Notes under the pieces: generated by a model
The model's database searches: none
What the model was told of the DNA's origin: nothing
Seen by the model: the letters and a program-made list of their open reading frames with translations, nothing else
Made by a program: the position numbers and the translations under genes
Shown: positions 26,424 through 36,285 of the stretch, piece after piece
Numbering within the stretch: position 1 is the stretch's first letter
How the letters are laid out: each line of letters begins with the position of its first letter
DNA from: Candidatus Latescibacterota bacterium
GTDB lineage: Bacteria; Latescibacterota; UBA2968; UBA8231
Direction of reading: 5' to 3'
DNA: 64,000 bases
Assembly: GCA_965203355.1 (NCBI GenBank)
Contig: OZ241889.1
Coordinates: forward strand, 3,776,001 to 3,840,000

Positions 26424-28098
26424 GCGCAAAAAGGGCCGACGCCGGGGTGCGGCCGCCCGCGCCAATACCGAGTTGGACGCGCACATGGCATCGCTGGGCC
26501 TAGCGGCCATTGAAGCGTACAAGGTCTGGTGCCGCCAGCACGGATTTAGCGCGGCCCTAAGCAAGACTTGGCAGGAGCGGCGGCAAGAGCGCGCCGCACA
26601 CCAGCGCGACCAACACACCGCCCAAGCCGAAGAAACCCTGCGGCAACACGTCGCCCAACTAGGGTTAGACGGAGTGGCTGCCTACCAAGCGTGGTGTCGG
26701 CAGCAAGGACTCGGCGACGCCGTTCACAAAAGCGCGGCCCAGCGCACCAAAGAACTCAAGCTCCACCAGCATATTCAGAGCACCCAAGCCCTGCACAAGG
26801 GCCGCAAGCACAGCCGACGCACCAAAGACCTCATTCACCAGCTTTGGGCTGGCGCCCTCGCCGAGGAAAAGCTGCACACCGAAGTCCTGCGCCTGATCTA
26901 TCGGGCCTTTGCCGGACTCGCTGGCGACCAGCGGACGCAGCTACGGGATTTGCTCTTACACGTAGAGAAGCGGGCCCCCAACCTGCTCGACGCCCGGCCA
27001 GCCCTCCAGCGCTGGGGGCGCGTGGAGGGCAACACCTTCGTCGAAGCACTCGGCGCGTTGGCCCGGCACAGCGACGCTTGGCAGCAGTCGCCATCCGCGT
27101 GGAGGCCAGACAGCCGCAACGCCCGGCGGCAATTCGCCGCGCTATCCCGATTTCTGTTGGCCTGCTATGACGTGCCCTCTTGTTTGGATTCGGGGTGGTT
27201 CGGCGGCTGGACGCCAGCGGCCAAACGCCAGCAGGGGTGGTTCGTTCACGTGGGCAGCGGGCAGAACATCCGCACGGCCGCGCTGCCGCTCGTGCTTTCC
27301 AAGCGCATGGCACACATTTTTGCCGAGGCGCCAAACGAACTAACGGCGACCGAGGCGCTGCGCTGGGCACAAGTGGTGGGTCAAGGAGGCCGCGAGGAGC
27401 TGGCGCAGGCCGTACTAGCCACAGAATTGGGTCGCTGTTTTGCCGACGAATCCTTCTGGAGCACAGTCGTCCTCTTCCTCGTCGAAAACCCCATGCTCGA
27501 CCCGGATATGGTGGGGCCAATCGTCGATTACATCAATCAGCAAAAATTCGTCCCCACAGCGGAAGGCGAGCCAGCGCAGCCCAACTACACCATGAAGGGA
27601 CGCAGCGCGGTCAAGCTCCTGCGCCAAGTCGAAGAATGGCACGAGCACCTAGCCCGCGATAACCGCCAGCCTTCAGGGCGTTGGGCATCGTCAGGCATAG
27701 CGGGCTTTGAGTGGTTGGACGACAAAGAAGAAGGGCTGCGTTGGACCATTCACGAGCTTACGTCCAAGAAGGAACTCACGCTCGAAGGACGGGCCATGAA
27801 CCACTGCGTCGCCTCCTATGTGCCCAACTGCCGACGAGGTAGCAAATCGGTGTGGTCCATGCAGGCCGCCGATGCCGAAGGCCACCGCGCCAGAGTGGCG
27901 ACCATCGCCATGCACAATCCGAGCCGCAATATCGTCGAGGTGCGCGGGCGGTTCAACGCCGTGCCGCGGCGGTCGGGAAAAAATCCAAAAAACAGGACAT
28001 TAGAGCGGCCCTATCGAGCCCTGCTAGCGCGCGCTGGTGCCGTGTTGCGGAAGTGGATTGAGGCCGAAGAGTTGGGGCGGACGACGCGGGCGTACTAG
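26416..28098 (+). CDS. PcfJ-domain protein
   Basis: C-terminal ELTSKKELTLEGRAMNHCVASY...EVRGRFN; duplicated N-terminal LGL..Y..WCRQ.G motif. Confidence 0.8.
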   Translation: MAKRKKGRRRGAAARANTELDAHMASLGLAAIEAYKVWCRQHGFSAALSKTWQERRQERAAHQRDQHTAQAEETLRQHVAQLGLDGVAAYQAWCRQQGLGDAVHKSAAQRTKELKLHQHIQSTQALHKGRKHSRRTKDLIHQLWAGALAEEKLHTEVLRLIYRAFAGLAGDQRTQLRDLLLHVEKRAPNLLDARPALQRWGRVEGNTFVEALGALARHSDAWQQSPSAWRPDSRNARRQFAALSRFLLACYDVPSCLDSGWFGGWTPAAKRQQGWFVHVGSGQNIRTAALPLVLSKRMAHIFAEAPNELTATEALRWAQVVGQGGREELAQAVLATELGRCFADESFWSTVVLFLVENPMLDPDMVGPIVDYINQQKFVPTAEGEPAQPNYTMKGRSAVKLLRQVEEWHEHLARDNRQPSGRWASSGIAGFEWLDDKEEGLRWTIHELTSKKELTLEGRAMNHCVASYVPNCRRGSKSVWSMQAADAEGHRARVATIAMHNPSRNIVEVRGRFNAVPRRSGKNPKNRTLERPYRALLARAGAVLRKWIEAEELGRTTRAY

Positions 28099-28170
28099 CA
28101 CAGCAGATGGGTTGACTCCTCCTGAAACCGTCAGATGTTAAAGACACTCCAATCTTGAAAGGGTAAGGAT

Positions 28171-30282
28171 ATGCGTGAAATCTACCATTGGACTGAGTGG
28201 TTCTCAGAGCTTGCAAATAAGATCGCTGAGGGTGGCGAGGAATTTCTGATTGACCGTGCAAAGCAGATCAATTGGGAAGCCGCGGGGAAAAAACCGCCTT
28301 TGCTGCTGCACGGCGACAAGAACATAGATCCGTTCTCATTCTTCTACAGCCTCGCGCCACGCCGAAGCTCGGCGAACAGGAAGCTGATATATCGGAGCGT
28401 CGAGAACGTTTTCAACATGAAGCACCAGTACCCGGAAGAGCTGTACGATTCGAAAGACGCGTTCGTATTCCCAACGGCAAACCAGCATAATTTGCTCTAT
28501 TACAGCAATGTTCAGACTGATCCAAAGTTGCTTTGGAACTTGTTCCGCAGTGCCGTGCGAGGGCTCGACTCGGTGGACCCCGAAGATTTCGATGATGCAC
28601 TCAAGATCAATCGCGTTGGTAAATCGAAACTGACGCAGGCGCTCTTTCTCATCAACTCGTCCCAGTTCCTTCCCTGCGACAAGTTTATGAAAACCTTTGT
28701 CGATGACAAGCTGAAAACCTTTGTCGATCTACCACCGGATAACGAATTCAATTGGAAATCCTATCAAGAATGGCTACATCAAGTCCGCGACATGTTCCTA
28801 GGTTGTGCGCCTTACGAAATAAACTTTTTTGTCTTCTGGCAGAAGGAAAATCTCCCCATTCGTGAAAAATACTTTCAAGTTAGCACAAAGGCTTGGGGCG
28901 AAGATGGGGGCGACTTCTGGCAGGATAATGATCCAGAACTCGACTTTGAATCTAACAATTGGGTCTTTGTAGGAGGAGAGAATAATTATCCACTCGGCGA
29001 CCCACGCCCCGGCGATATAATGCTTGTTAGAACTGGAGGGCGGGGCCGCGGCATTGGAGTGGTCTATAAGAACGAGTACCAAGATGGATTCGATAGGAAT
29101 CGCCGATTGCATGTGTTGTGGCTGAACAAGATGTCTGCTGACGTCCCGCAGATGAACCCGAGGCTGTTGGGACTTTCCAGAGCGAAAGAAAAAACTACGG
29201 GCGCATTCCGTTCGATACCCACATATAGAGCGACGTTCGAGTTATTGGATCGACTAAGTGGTAGGCCTATGGCGAACTCAGGAACACAGCAGAATTCGGT
29301 AAAACACCCCCTCAACCAGATTCTCTACGGTCCACCAGGAACCGGCAAGACCTACCACACGGTCGACAGTGCCTTGGCGATCATTGACGGTGAAAGCGTG
29401 GAAGCGATCGAACGTAACATCAAGAGATTCCGCACACTTCGAGACTCCGGTCAGATAGACATGGTGACCTTCCACCAGAACCTCGCCTATGAAGACTTCA
29501 TTGAGGGCATCAGGCCAGTATTAGACGATGGGGCTGACGGCCAAATCAGATACGAACTGTGTGACGGTATTTTCAAGCGAATTGCTGAGGCTGCGAAAGA
29601 GGAAATAGATAAACCGTTCGTACTAATTATCGACGAGATCAACCGAGGCAACATCGCCAAGATATTCGGAGAGCTCATCACGCTGATCGAAGACTCTCGG
29701 AGACTTGGCGCGGACGATGAAACGAAGGTCACGCTACCTTACTCGAAGGTTTCATTCGGTGTTCCAAACAACCTCTACCTGATCGGCACGATGAACACAG
29801 CGGACCGGTCGATTCAATTGCTTGACACGGCACTGCGCCGCCGCTTCGACTTCGTGGAGATGATGCCGGAGCCAGAGCACAAATATATATCCACAGATGT
29901 AGAAGGTGTTGATTGTCAGGAAATGCTCAAGGCCATGAACAAGCGCATCACGGCGTTACTCGACCGGGAACATCAGATCGGCCACACCTACCTGCTAGAC
30001 ATCGAAACTATGGCGGAACTGTCGTACGCCTTCCAAAACAAGATATTCCCTCTGTTGCAGGAATACTTCTTTGACGATTGGGCCAAAATACGAGCCGTTC
30101 TAGGCGAGAACAGCTTTGTTGTGGGACAGAGTGCCGCAGGCGTGTTGCGGGAAAACGAACAGGTGGACGAAGATCGAACGATTTACGAGCGGCTACCCGG
30201 CGACGACGACCGCTGGACAGACCCGGAGGAGTACAAAAAGATATACAAGGCTGGCAACGCAGATGATACAAGTAACTCCTAA
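28171..30282 (+). CDS. mcrB: McrB-family GTPase of a type IV restriction system
   Basis: YGPPGTGKT, FHQ..AYEDF, IIDEINRGN, MNTADRS, LRRRF, IGHTY; lower GC than flanks. Confidence 0.92.
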   Translation: MREIYHWTEWFSELANKIAEGGEEFLIDRAKQINWEAAGKKPPLLLHGDKNIDPFSFFYSLAPRRSSANRKLIYRSVENVFNMKHQYPEELYDSKDAFVFPTANQHNLLYYSNVQTDPKLLWNLFRSAVRGLDSVDPEDFDDALKINRVGKSKLTQALFLINSSQFLPCDKFMKTFVDDKLKTFVDLPPDNEFNWKSYQEWLHQVRDMFLGCAPYEINFFVFWQKENLPIREKYFQVSTKAWGEDGGDFWQDNDPELDFESNNWVFVGGENNYPLGDPRPGDIMLVRTGGRGRGIGVVYKNEYQDGFDRNRRLHVLWLNKMSADVPQMNPRLLGLSRAKEKTTGAFRSIPTYRATFELLDRLSGRPMANSGTQQNSVKHPLNQILYGPPGTGKTYHTVDSALAIIDGESVEAIERNIKRFRTLRDSGQIDMVTFHQNLAYEDFIEGIRPVLDDGADGQIRYELCDGIFKRIAEAAKEEIDKPFVLIIDEINRGNIAKIFGELITLIEDSRRLGADDETKVTLPYSKVSFGVPNNLYLIGTMNTADRSIQLLDTALRRRFDFVEMMPEPEHKYISTDVEGVDCQEMLKAMNKRITALLDREHQIGHTYLLDIETMAELSYAFQNKIFPLLQEYFFDDWAKIRAVLGENSFVVGQSAAGVLRENEQVDEDRTIYERLPGDDDRWTDPEEYKKIYKAGNADDTSNS

Positions 30283-31510
30283 TGCCCGGCACCACACTGT
30301 CAGGGAGTACGAGCCGCTCGATTTTGCAACTGCACAGGAGCGAGAAGATCTAAAGTCGTTCCAAGGTGTGTTCAAGCAAAATTCCAACGGCACCTTGGCG
30401 GCGAGTAACTACGTCGGCGTCATCACGACAAAACGCGGCACCGTGGTCGAGATTCTCCCGAAAATCGATCTCGGGGGCGATCCACCTCCCCACTACGAAA
30501 AAACCAAGCGCCTGTTCTTGTCCATGCTTCGATGCTGGCGAGGCTTTGACAAGAAGACCCTACCGGAGAGCGACATCCGCGCCCTGCGGCGATTCTCCAT
30601 GCTCGAAGTCTTCGTTCGCCAGTTCCTCGTCAACCTGAATGCGCTCGCCCGTGGCGGTCTCGCTAGACGCTACATCTCGGTAGAGGAAAACCTGCCGTAC
30701 CTCGGAGGACGCCTCCTCTTCCGCGAGCAAATCCGCGAAAACCTGACCAATCAGGCGCGATTCTACGTCGCGCACGACAAGTTGAGCGTCAACAGGCCCG
30801 CCAACCGGCTCATTCACAGCGCGATAGCCAAGCTGACCCCGCAGGTGCAAGACACAGAAAACCGCCGACTGTTGCATCTATTGATGGCGACATTCGCCGA
30901 CGTACCGCAAACGGCCAATCCACACGCGGACTGGCAGCGGCACCAAGTGGATCGTTCCATGCCGCATTACGGGCCGGTGATGCAGTGGGTGGGCCTGTTC
31001 CTATTCGGGCATGGGTTGACGACCTTCGCCGGACGCCATCAGAACCTGTCCTTGCTGTTCCCCATGGAGCAGGTGTTCGAGGGCTTCGTCACGCACAGTT
31101 TTCGACGCCACCAGACGGACTATCACGTGGCTGCACAAAACCCGCAAAAGCCCTTCGCCAATATCGACGCTCAAGCCGCGTTCACGATGAAACCGGACAT
31201 TTCGCTCCAGAAGAAGAACCGCAAGGATGTAGCGTTCATCCTCGACGCCAAGTGGAAACGCATCACCGCCGCCGACCATCCGAAGCATGGTATCGACCAA
31301 GGCGACCTGTACCAACTTTACGCTTACGGCAAGGGCTACGGTTGTGAGGCCGTAGCCCTGATCTACCCGCAAACGCAGGACTTTAGGACCAAACTGCGCT
31401 ATCAAATCCTCGACGATTTAACACTGCTTTGCCTGCCGTTCGATGTCGCGCATCCCAAAGAAAGCGTACAGCGATCACTAGAGGCACTAGAGGCACTCGC
31501 GAGGGCTTGA
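30263..31510 (+). CDS. mcrC: McrC-family nuclease subunit
   Basis: YVGVI...EILPKI, FPMEQVFE, KPDI...DAKWK, DLYQLYAY; overlaps mcrB. Confidence 0.9.
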   Translation: MIQVTPNARHHTVREYEPLDFATAQEREDLKSFQGVFKQNSNGTLAASNYVGVITTKRGTVVEILPKIDLGGDPPPHYEKTKRLFLSMLRCWRGFDKKTLPESDIRALRRFSMLEVFVRQFLVNLNALARGGLARRYISVEENLPYLGGRLLFREQIRENLTNQARFYVAHDKLSVNRPANRLIHSAIAKLTPQVQDTENRRLLHLLMATFADVPQTANPHADWQRHQVDRSMPHYGPVMQWVGLFLFGHGLTTFAGRHQNLSLLFPMEQVFEGFVTHSFRRHQTDYHVAAQNPQKPFANIDAQAAFTMKPDISLQKKNRKDVAFILDAKWKRITAADHPKHGIDQGDLYQLYAYGKGYGCEAVALIYPQTQDFRTKLRYQILDDLTLLCLPFDVAHPKESVQRSLEALEALARA

Positions 31511-31710
31511 TTTCCTGAGATCTGAGCCAAGCGTTGGCAGCCCAAGGCAAAATCCTTATCAGCGTGATAGGCCCGCACCCGCTCGCGGTGCAGAATTTGG
31601 CACATTTCGACATACGAGGGTATGTCCTGCCAGCGCGGATAGCGGCACAGCACCTGTCTCCCTTCTATGGGAATGGCTTTGACGAATTGACCTTTTCTGA
31701 GTATGGCCAA
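31511..31710 (-). pseudogene. Possible 5' remnant of a GNAT-like gene cut at the mcrC end
   Basis: VLCRYPRWQDIPSYVEM resembles a GNAT N-terminus; the frame runs into the mcrC antisense strand. Confidence 0.3.
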
Positions 31711-31779
31711 GTAGAGAAAGAAGTTGAGTTTGCTCTTTACCGCTCACTTCCCTTGTGATGGGTACACCGGCTCCTTTGT

Positions 31780-32193
31780 CTAGCCGTGTATTCCGTCCAA
31801 TTCAGGTAAGAGCTTAACGCTCTCTTGTTCGTTGGGGTCCGTCCGGGCGATCACCGCAGTGCAGATTTCAGTCTCGCTGGGATTGTAGGGAAGATGAGGG
31901 ACGCCGGCAGGGATAAAAACAAAGTCGCCGCTGTTGACCTCTACGCGCTCCTCCAGCCGCTCGCCATACCACATTACAGATTGGCCGCTGATGACATAAA
32001 TAGCGGTCTCGTGGTTTTCGTGCAGGTGGGCCTTGGCTCGTTCTTTAGGCCGCATGTTCAGCAGATGCATGCAAATCCCCTGCGAGCCCGTGGTCTCAGC
32101 GGCAACCCCTGAGACATAGGTAAGTGCCTGTTTGCCTTCGTAGGGCACTCCGCGGCGAATCACCTTGCAGGTTGGCTTGGGGTGTTCTGACAT
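31780..32193 (-). CDS. Cupin domain protein
   Basis: AHLHENHETAIY and GDFVFIPAGVPH cupin motifs. Confidence 0.88.
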   Translation of the reverse strand: MSEHPKPTCKVIRRGVPYEGKQALTYVSGVAAETTGSQGICMHLLNMRPKERAKAHLHENHETAIYVISGQSVMWYGERLEERVEVNSGDFVFIPAGVPHLPYNPSETEICTAVIARTDPNEQESVKLLPELDGIHG

Positions 32194-32217
32194 TGTTTTC
32201 CTCCGCGATGTACAGCT

Positions 32218-34818
32218 TTAAGACGCCAGCCCGTCGAGCAGGTACTGCTGTATCCGGTCGAGTTCCTCGTGGCTGGTGATCTTCTTCCCCTCGGCATCGA
32301 CGATGTAAAAGGAATCTTGCGCCCGCGCCGCCACCGTGTTGATAATGGCGCGGTGAATGTCGAGCGCCAACTCGTCCAGCAAATACGCGATTCTGTACAA
32401 CAGGCCCACGGTGTCTTGGGCTTCGATATCAACGACCGTATAGCGGGCTGAAATGTGATTGTCGAACGCAATGTGCGGCGGCTGATCGTATTGCCGCTGG
32501 CGGCGGCGGCGGTCCCAACTACTGCTGTACCGCGCTAGCAAGTCGCGGGCCTTCAGCCTCCGCGAAATAACCTCGGCCACCCGCTCGCGTATGCGCTCCT
32601 TCTTCCAGTCGGGCAGCGCTGGACTGCCGTCGATGTTGGTCACTTGGAAAATGTCGAGTACCACATCGTCGGCGCGGGTATTGACATCCGCGCGGAAGAT
32701 ATTGATGTCGTTGACGGCCAAAGCACCGCAGATCTTGGCCATGATCTGACGCTGGTCGCGGGTGCAGATGACGATCTCAGTGTGCCCTTCGTGCTCGATG
32801 AATTCTAAGACAAAAGGCTGCTCCCGGCTCAAGCGGGCGATCATCCCCAGATGCACCTTGATTTGCGCGCGGTTGTAGGCCACCAAATAGCTGGGGGATA
32901 GCTGATCGATGTGCTCTTGGAACTGGACGACGCGCTGGGCCGGCCAGTGGCTCTCGATGTGATCGAGGTGCTCGTCGAGCTTCTGGCGCGCGCGCTGTTT
33001 GGCCGCTAGGGCCGCCCGATCCGAGTGTAGTTGCTCGGCCGTCTTGTAGTACAATTCCCACAGCAAGGCCCCTTGCCAATCAGTCCACGCGTCGGGCGCA
33101 ACCGCCGACAGGTCGGCGTACGAAACCAAGTAGAGCGCCCGCAGCCATTCCGCGTTGGCGAACAGCCCGGCGAACTCGGCGATCATCTCGTAGTCGTCGA
33201 GGTTGCGCCGCCTAGAGATCAGCACCATGTCTTGGTGGTGCTTCACGAGGAAGCGCAGCATGGACCGCTCTTCTTGGTCCAGCCCCATCCGCTCGCTCAG
33301 CTCCTCGGTCATCTCAATGCCGCGCGCGATGTGGTCGTCGCGCTTCCACTTGCCCACATCGTGCAGCAGCACCGCAAAGAACAACAGATCGCGGCGCGTA
33401 CATTGGGCGAGAATCGCCGACATGGCGCCCTCTTGAGGACCCAGCGCCTCCAAATTTTCCAGCGCGACTAGCGTGTGCTCATCGACCGTGTAGATGTGGT
33501 AAATGTCGTATTGAACCAAGCAGGTCAGCCGCGCAAACTCGGGCAGGTACGCGCCCAAAACGCCCAAGTCGTGCATGCGCCGGAGCGTCCGCGCCGTGTG
33601 GTATTTGCGCTTGAGTATTCGGAGGAACAAATCGCGGGCTTCAGGCCGGCGTCTAAAGCCGTCGTCGATCAGGCGCAGACTGGTGCGCACCGCCCGCTGC
33701 GCCTGATCGCTCAACTGCAAGTTCTTGGTTTGGGCCGTGAGGAAAATTTTTAGCAGGCGCAGGGGGTCGGCGGCAAAGTACGCCGCGCCATCGGCCAGGA
33801 CGATCTCCCCTTCTATCGCGGCCACTCCGCGCTCTATATACATGCTGCGGCTGCTGTTGCGCGGCTTGCGCGTCAACTGCTCAAAGGCGCGCGCTACTAG
33901 GTGATGCACCGTGCGCGCATGTAGGTAGTACTCGCGCATAAAGCACTCGACCGCCAGCTCTTGATCTTGGTCTTCATAGCCCAAGGCGGCCGCGATCTGC
34001 GGCTTGAGATCGTGCTCTAGCACGTCGCGCTTGCGCCCCACGGCAAAGTGGAGCGCGTGCCGCACCCGCCAGAGAAAGGCGCGGCTGCGAGCGAGGCTCT
34101 TGCTGCCGCCATCGAGATACTGCGCGTACCAATCGCCGCACTCGGGCGATTTGACCTTGGCCTGGAGCGCCCATTCGAACATCTGTATCTCGCGCAGGCC
34201 CCCCGGACTCTCCTTGACATTCGGCTCTAAAAGCTGAACGGATTGCCGCGCTGCACGCTGCTGCTGGCGCAACCGATTCAGCTCGGCAACCGTGCGCTTA
34301 GGTACGCGCTTGTAGAGCCGCTTTTGGAACTGGGCGAAAAGCGCGGCATCACCAGCCAGCAGGCGGCCGTCCATCATCGCGGTGCGCGATTCCAGATCTT
34401 CGCGCACCGCCCGGACTACGTCGTCGAGCGTGCGACTGCTGTGCCCCACTTCAAAGCCCAAGTCCCACAGCGGATTGAACACGCCCGCGACGACGGCCGG
34501 CACTTTGTCTTGGCTCTTGGCGAACAGGAACAGCAAGTCGACGTCCGAGTGCGGCGCCATTTCGCAGCGACCGTATCCACCCAGTGCCACCAGCGCGTGT
34601 GGACCGGCGGTCTGGGGCATGGCATTCTGGTAGATAGACAGCACCACCGCGTCCATGGCTTCGGCGATCCGCCGGGCTACGGTCTGGCCATCGGCCCCGG
34701 CCTGATGCTCGGCCTCGATCTGCACGAGTGCCTTCTGCCACAGCGGTCGCAGGGCTTCTCCCAGCGGCACGCCGGGCTTCTCTTGCAGCGAGTCGGCAAA
34801 TGTTTCTACAAATCCCAT
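32218..34818 (-). CDS. glnD: [Protein-PII] uridylyltransferase
   Basis: ALGGYGR..APHSDVDL, EPNVKESPGGLR, HIYTVDEH, LLHDVGK HD domain, two ACT domains. Confidence 0.95.
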   Translation of the reverse strand: MGFVETFADSLQEKPGVPLGEALRPLWQKALVQIEAEHQAGADGQTVARRIAEAMDAVVLSIYQNAMPQTAGPHALVALGGYGRCEMAPHSDVDLLFLFAKSQDKVPAVVAGVFNPLWDLGFEVGHSSRTLDDVVRAVREDLESRTAMMDGRLLAGDAALFAQFQKRLYKRVPKRTVAELNRLRQQQRAARQSVQLLEPNVKESPGGLREIQMFEWALQAKVKSPECGDWYAQYLDGGSKSLARSRAFLWRVRHALHFAVGRKRDVLEHDLKPQIAAALGYEDQDQELAVECFMREYYLHARTVHHLVARAFEQLTRKPRNSSRSMYIERGVAAIEGEIVLADGAAYFAADPLRLLKIFLTAQTKNLQLSDQAQRAVRTSLRLIDDGFRRRPEARDLFLRILKRKYHTARTLRRMHDLGVLGAYLPEFARLTCLVQYDIYHIYTVDEHTLVALENLEALGPQEGAMSAILAQCTRRDLLFFAVLLHDVGKWKRDDHIARGIEMTEELSERMGLDQEERSMLRFLVKHHQDMVLISRRRNLDDYEMIAEFAGLFANAEWLRALYLVSYADLSAVAPDAWTDWQGALLWELYYKTAEQLHSDRAALAAKQRARQKLDEHLDHIESHWPAQRVVQFQEHIDQLSPSYLVAYNRAQIKVHLGMIARLSREQPFVLEFIEHEGHTEIVICTRDQRQIMAKICGALAVNDINIFRADVNTRADDVVLDIFQVTNIDGSPALPDWKKERIRERVAEVISRRLKARDLLARYSSSWDRRRRQRQYDQPPHIAFDNHISARYTVVDIEAQDTVGLLYRIAYLLDELALDIHRAIINTVAARAQDSFYIVDAEGKKITSHEELDRIQQYLLDGLAS

Positions 34819-34903
34819 GGCTTTTCCAAACTCGTTAAATATACGGCGAAGTCGCGTCTTAAAAAGCCTTCGGCGTGGGGCGACTTAACCGCAAACAAGG
34901 TCC

Positions 34904-34932
34904 TTGACAGACGGGAATATCATCTATACTTT
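34904..34932 (+). promoter_or_regulatory. Putative sigma-70 promoter of the iron-uptake locus
   Basis: TTGACA-N17-TACTTT in an AT-rich intergenic region. Confidence 0.45.
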
Positions 34933-35026
34933 TGTTTGGTATATGAAACAAAAGATTGCGAAAGAAAACTTTAATTCTATTAACAGAAAATCTGTAGTAG
35001 CGATATTACGACTGTTTATTCAACCC

Positions 35027-36271
35027 ATGCGACACGTTCTCAACAAGCCTCATCTCCATATTTTTCAGCTACTTATCCTTATCGCATTCCCATCCGTGCA
35101 GGACGCCAAGCCGTCCCTCCACCTCCAAGGCTACGGCGAATTGCACTACTCCCACTTTGATTTTGGCCCGGACCAAAAAAGCGGCCCCCACGGTTCGCCC
35201 CCAGACAGCCGCGCCATCATCGACATCACCCGCCTCGCGCTCGAACTAGAAGTCGAATTGCTCAAAAATACCGAATTGGCAGCCGAGGTAGAATTTGAGC
35301 ACGGCGGGGCTGGTGCCGCGCTGGAATTGGAGTTTGAGGAATTCGGCGAGTTCGAGCAGGAAATCGAAAAAGGCGGCGCCGTCATCGTCGAAGAGCTGGC
35401 CGTTGAGCGGACCTTCAGCGATGCCTTGCGCGTCCGCTTGGGGCACTTCTACGTCGCCGTGGGCCATTTGAGCCATCGCTTCCATCCCACCGATTTCTTT
35501 GGCACTCGGCGCTCGGAAGCCGAGACTTCCATCATCCCGGCCCTTTGGCACGAAACCGGCGTGGAGATTTCTGGAGCCTACCGCAACTGGCGCTACCAGC
35601 TACAGCTCGTCAACGGCTTGGACGCGACCGGTTTCAGCGCGCAAAACTGGATTGTCGGCGGCCACCAAAAGCGCTTTGAGACGATTCAGGCGACCAATAT
35701 GGCTTGGGTCGCGCGCCTCGATTATCAGTTCGCTCCCCATGGTGTGCTCGGTATTTCCGGCTATCGCGGCGACAGCGCCGACAACCGTCCCAAGCCCGAT
35801 ATGAAAGGCATGGACGCGCACGTTTCCATCGTCGATGTACACGGCAGCTTCAGCTGGGCACGGGTCCGCATGCGCGGGTTGTACCTCTATGGACACCTGC
35901 AAAATGCCGCCCTCGTCAGCGCCCGCAACCGCACCCTATCGAACAATCTCGACGTCTTGCGCTCGCCCGTGGCTCGGGCGGCTTATGCGGCCTTCGTCGA
36001 AGTCGGCTACGACGTTCTACCGTGGCTGGCCGCTGCCTCACCCAACCGCCTCGACCTGTTCATCCGCTTGGACGCATACGACAGTATGGCCGCGGTCCCG
36101 GACGAGACTTTTGACAATCCGCGCTTTGCGCGCCGGGTCTATACCTTGGGCGCGAACTACAACATGGCAGACACCGTGGTGCTCAAAGCCGACTACGCCA
36201 TGCGGCGGCTGGGCGCCGCCCACTTTAACCCAGAAAACACCCTGAGCTTGGGGCTGGGATTTCAATTTTAA
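35027..36271 (+). CDS. Outer-membrane porin-like protein associated with imelysin
   Basis: GYGELHY, EVEFEHGG, IIPALWHETG motifs; terminal LGFQF; start codon uncertain. Confidence 0.72.
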   Translation: MRHVLNKPHLHIFQLLILIAFPSVQDAKPSLHLQGYGELHYSHFDFGPDQKSGPHGSPPDSRAIIDITRLALELEVELLKNTELAAEVEFEHGGAGAALELEFEEFGEFEQEIEKGGAVIVEELAVERTFSDALRVRLGHFYVAVGHLSHRFHPTDFFGTRRSEAETSIIPALWHETGVEISGAYRNWRYQLQLVNGLDATGFSAQNWIVGGHQKRFETIQATNMAWVARLDYQFAPHGVLGISGYRGDSADNRPKPDMKGMDAHVSIVDVHGSFSWARVRMRGLYLYGHLQNAALVSARNRTLSNNLDVLRSPVARAAYAAFVEVGYDVLPWLAAASPNRLDLFIRLDAYDSMAAVPDETFDNPRFARRVYTLGANYNMADTVVLKADYAMRRLGAAHFNPENTLSLGLGFQF

Positions 36272-36285
36272 TCCAAGGAGGCAGC

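Noticed and set aside
31487-31498. Short tandem CACTAGAGG repeat at the mcrC end as a target-site duplication
   Set aside because: It encodes LEALEAL, and no matching copy was seen at the left end of the cassette.
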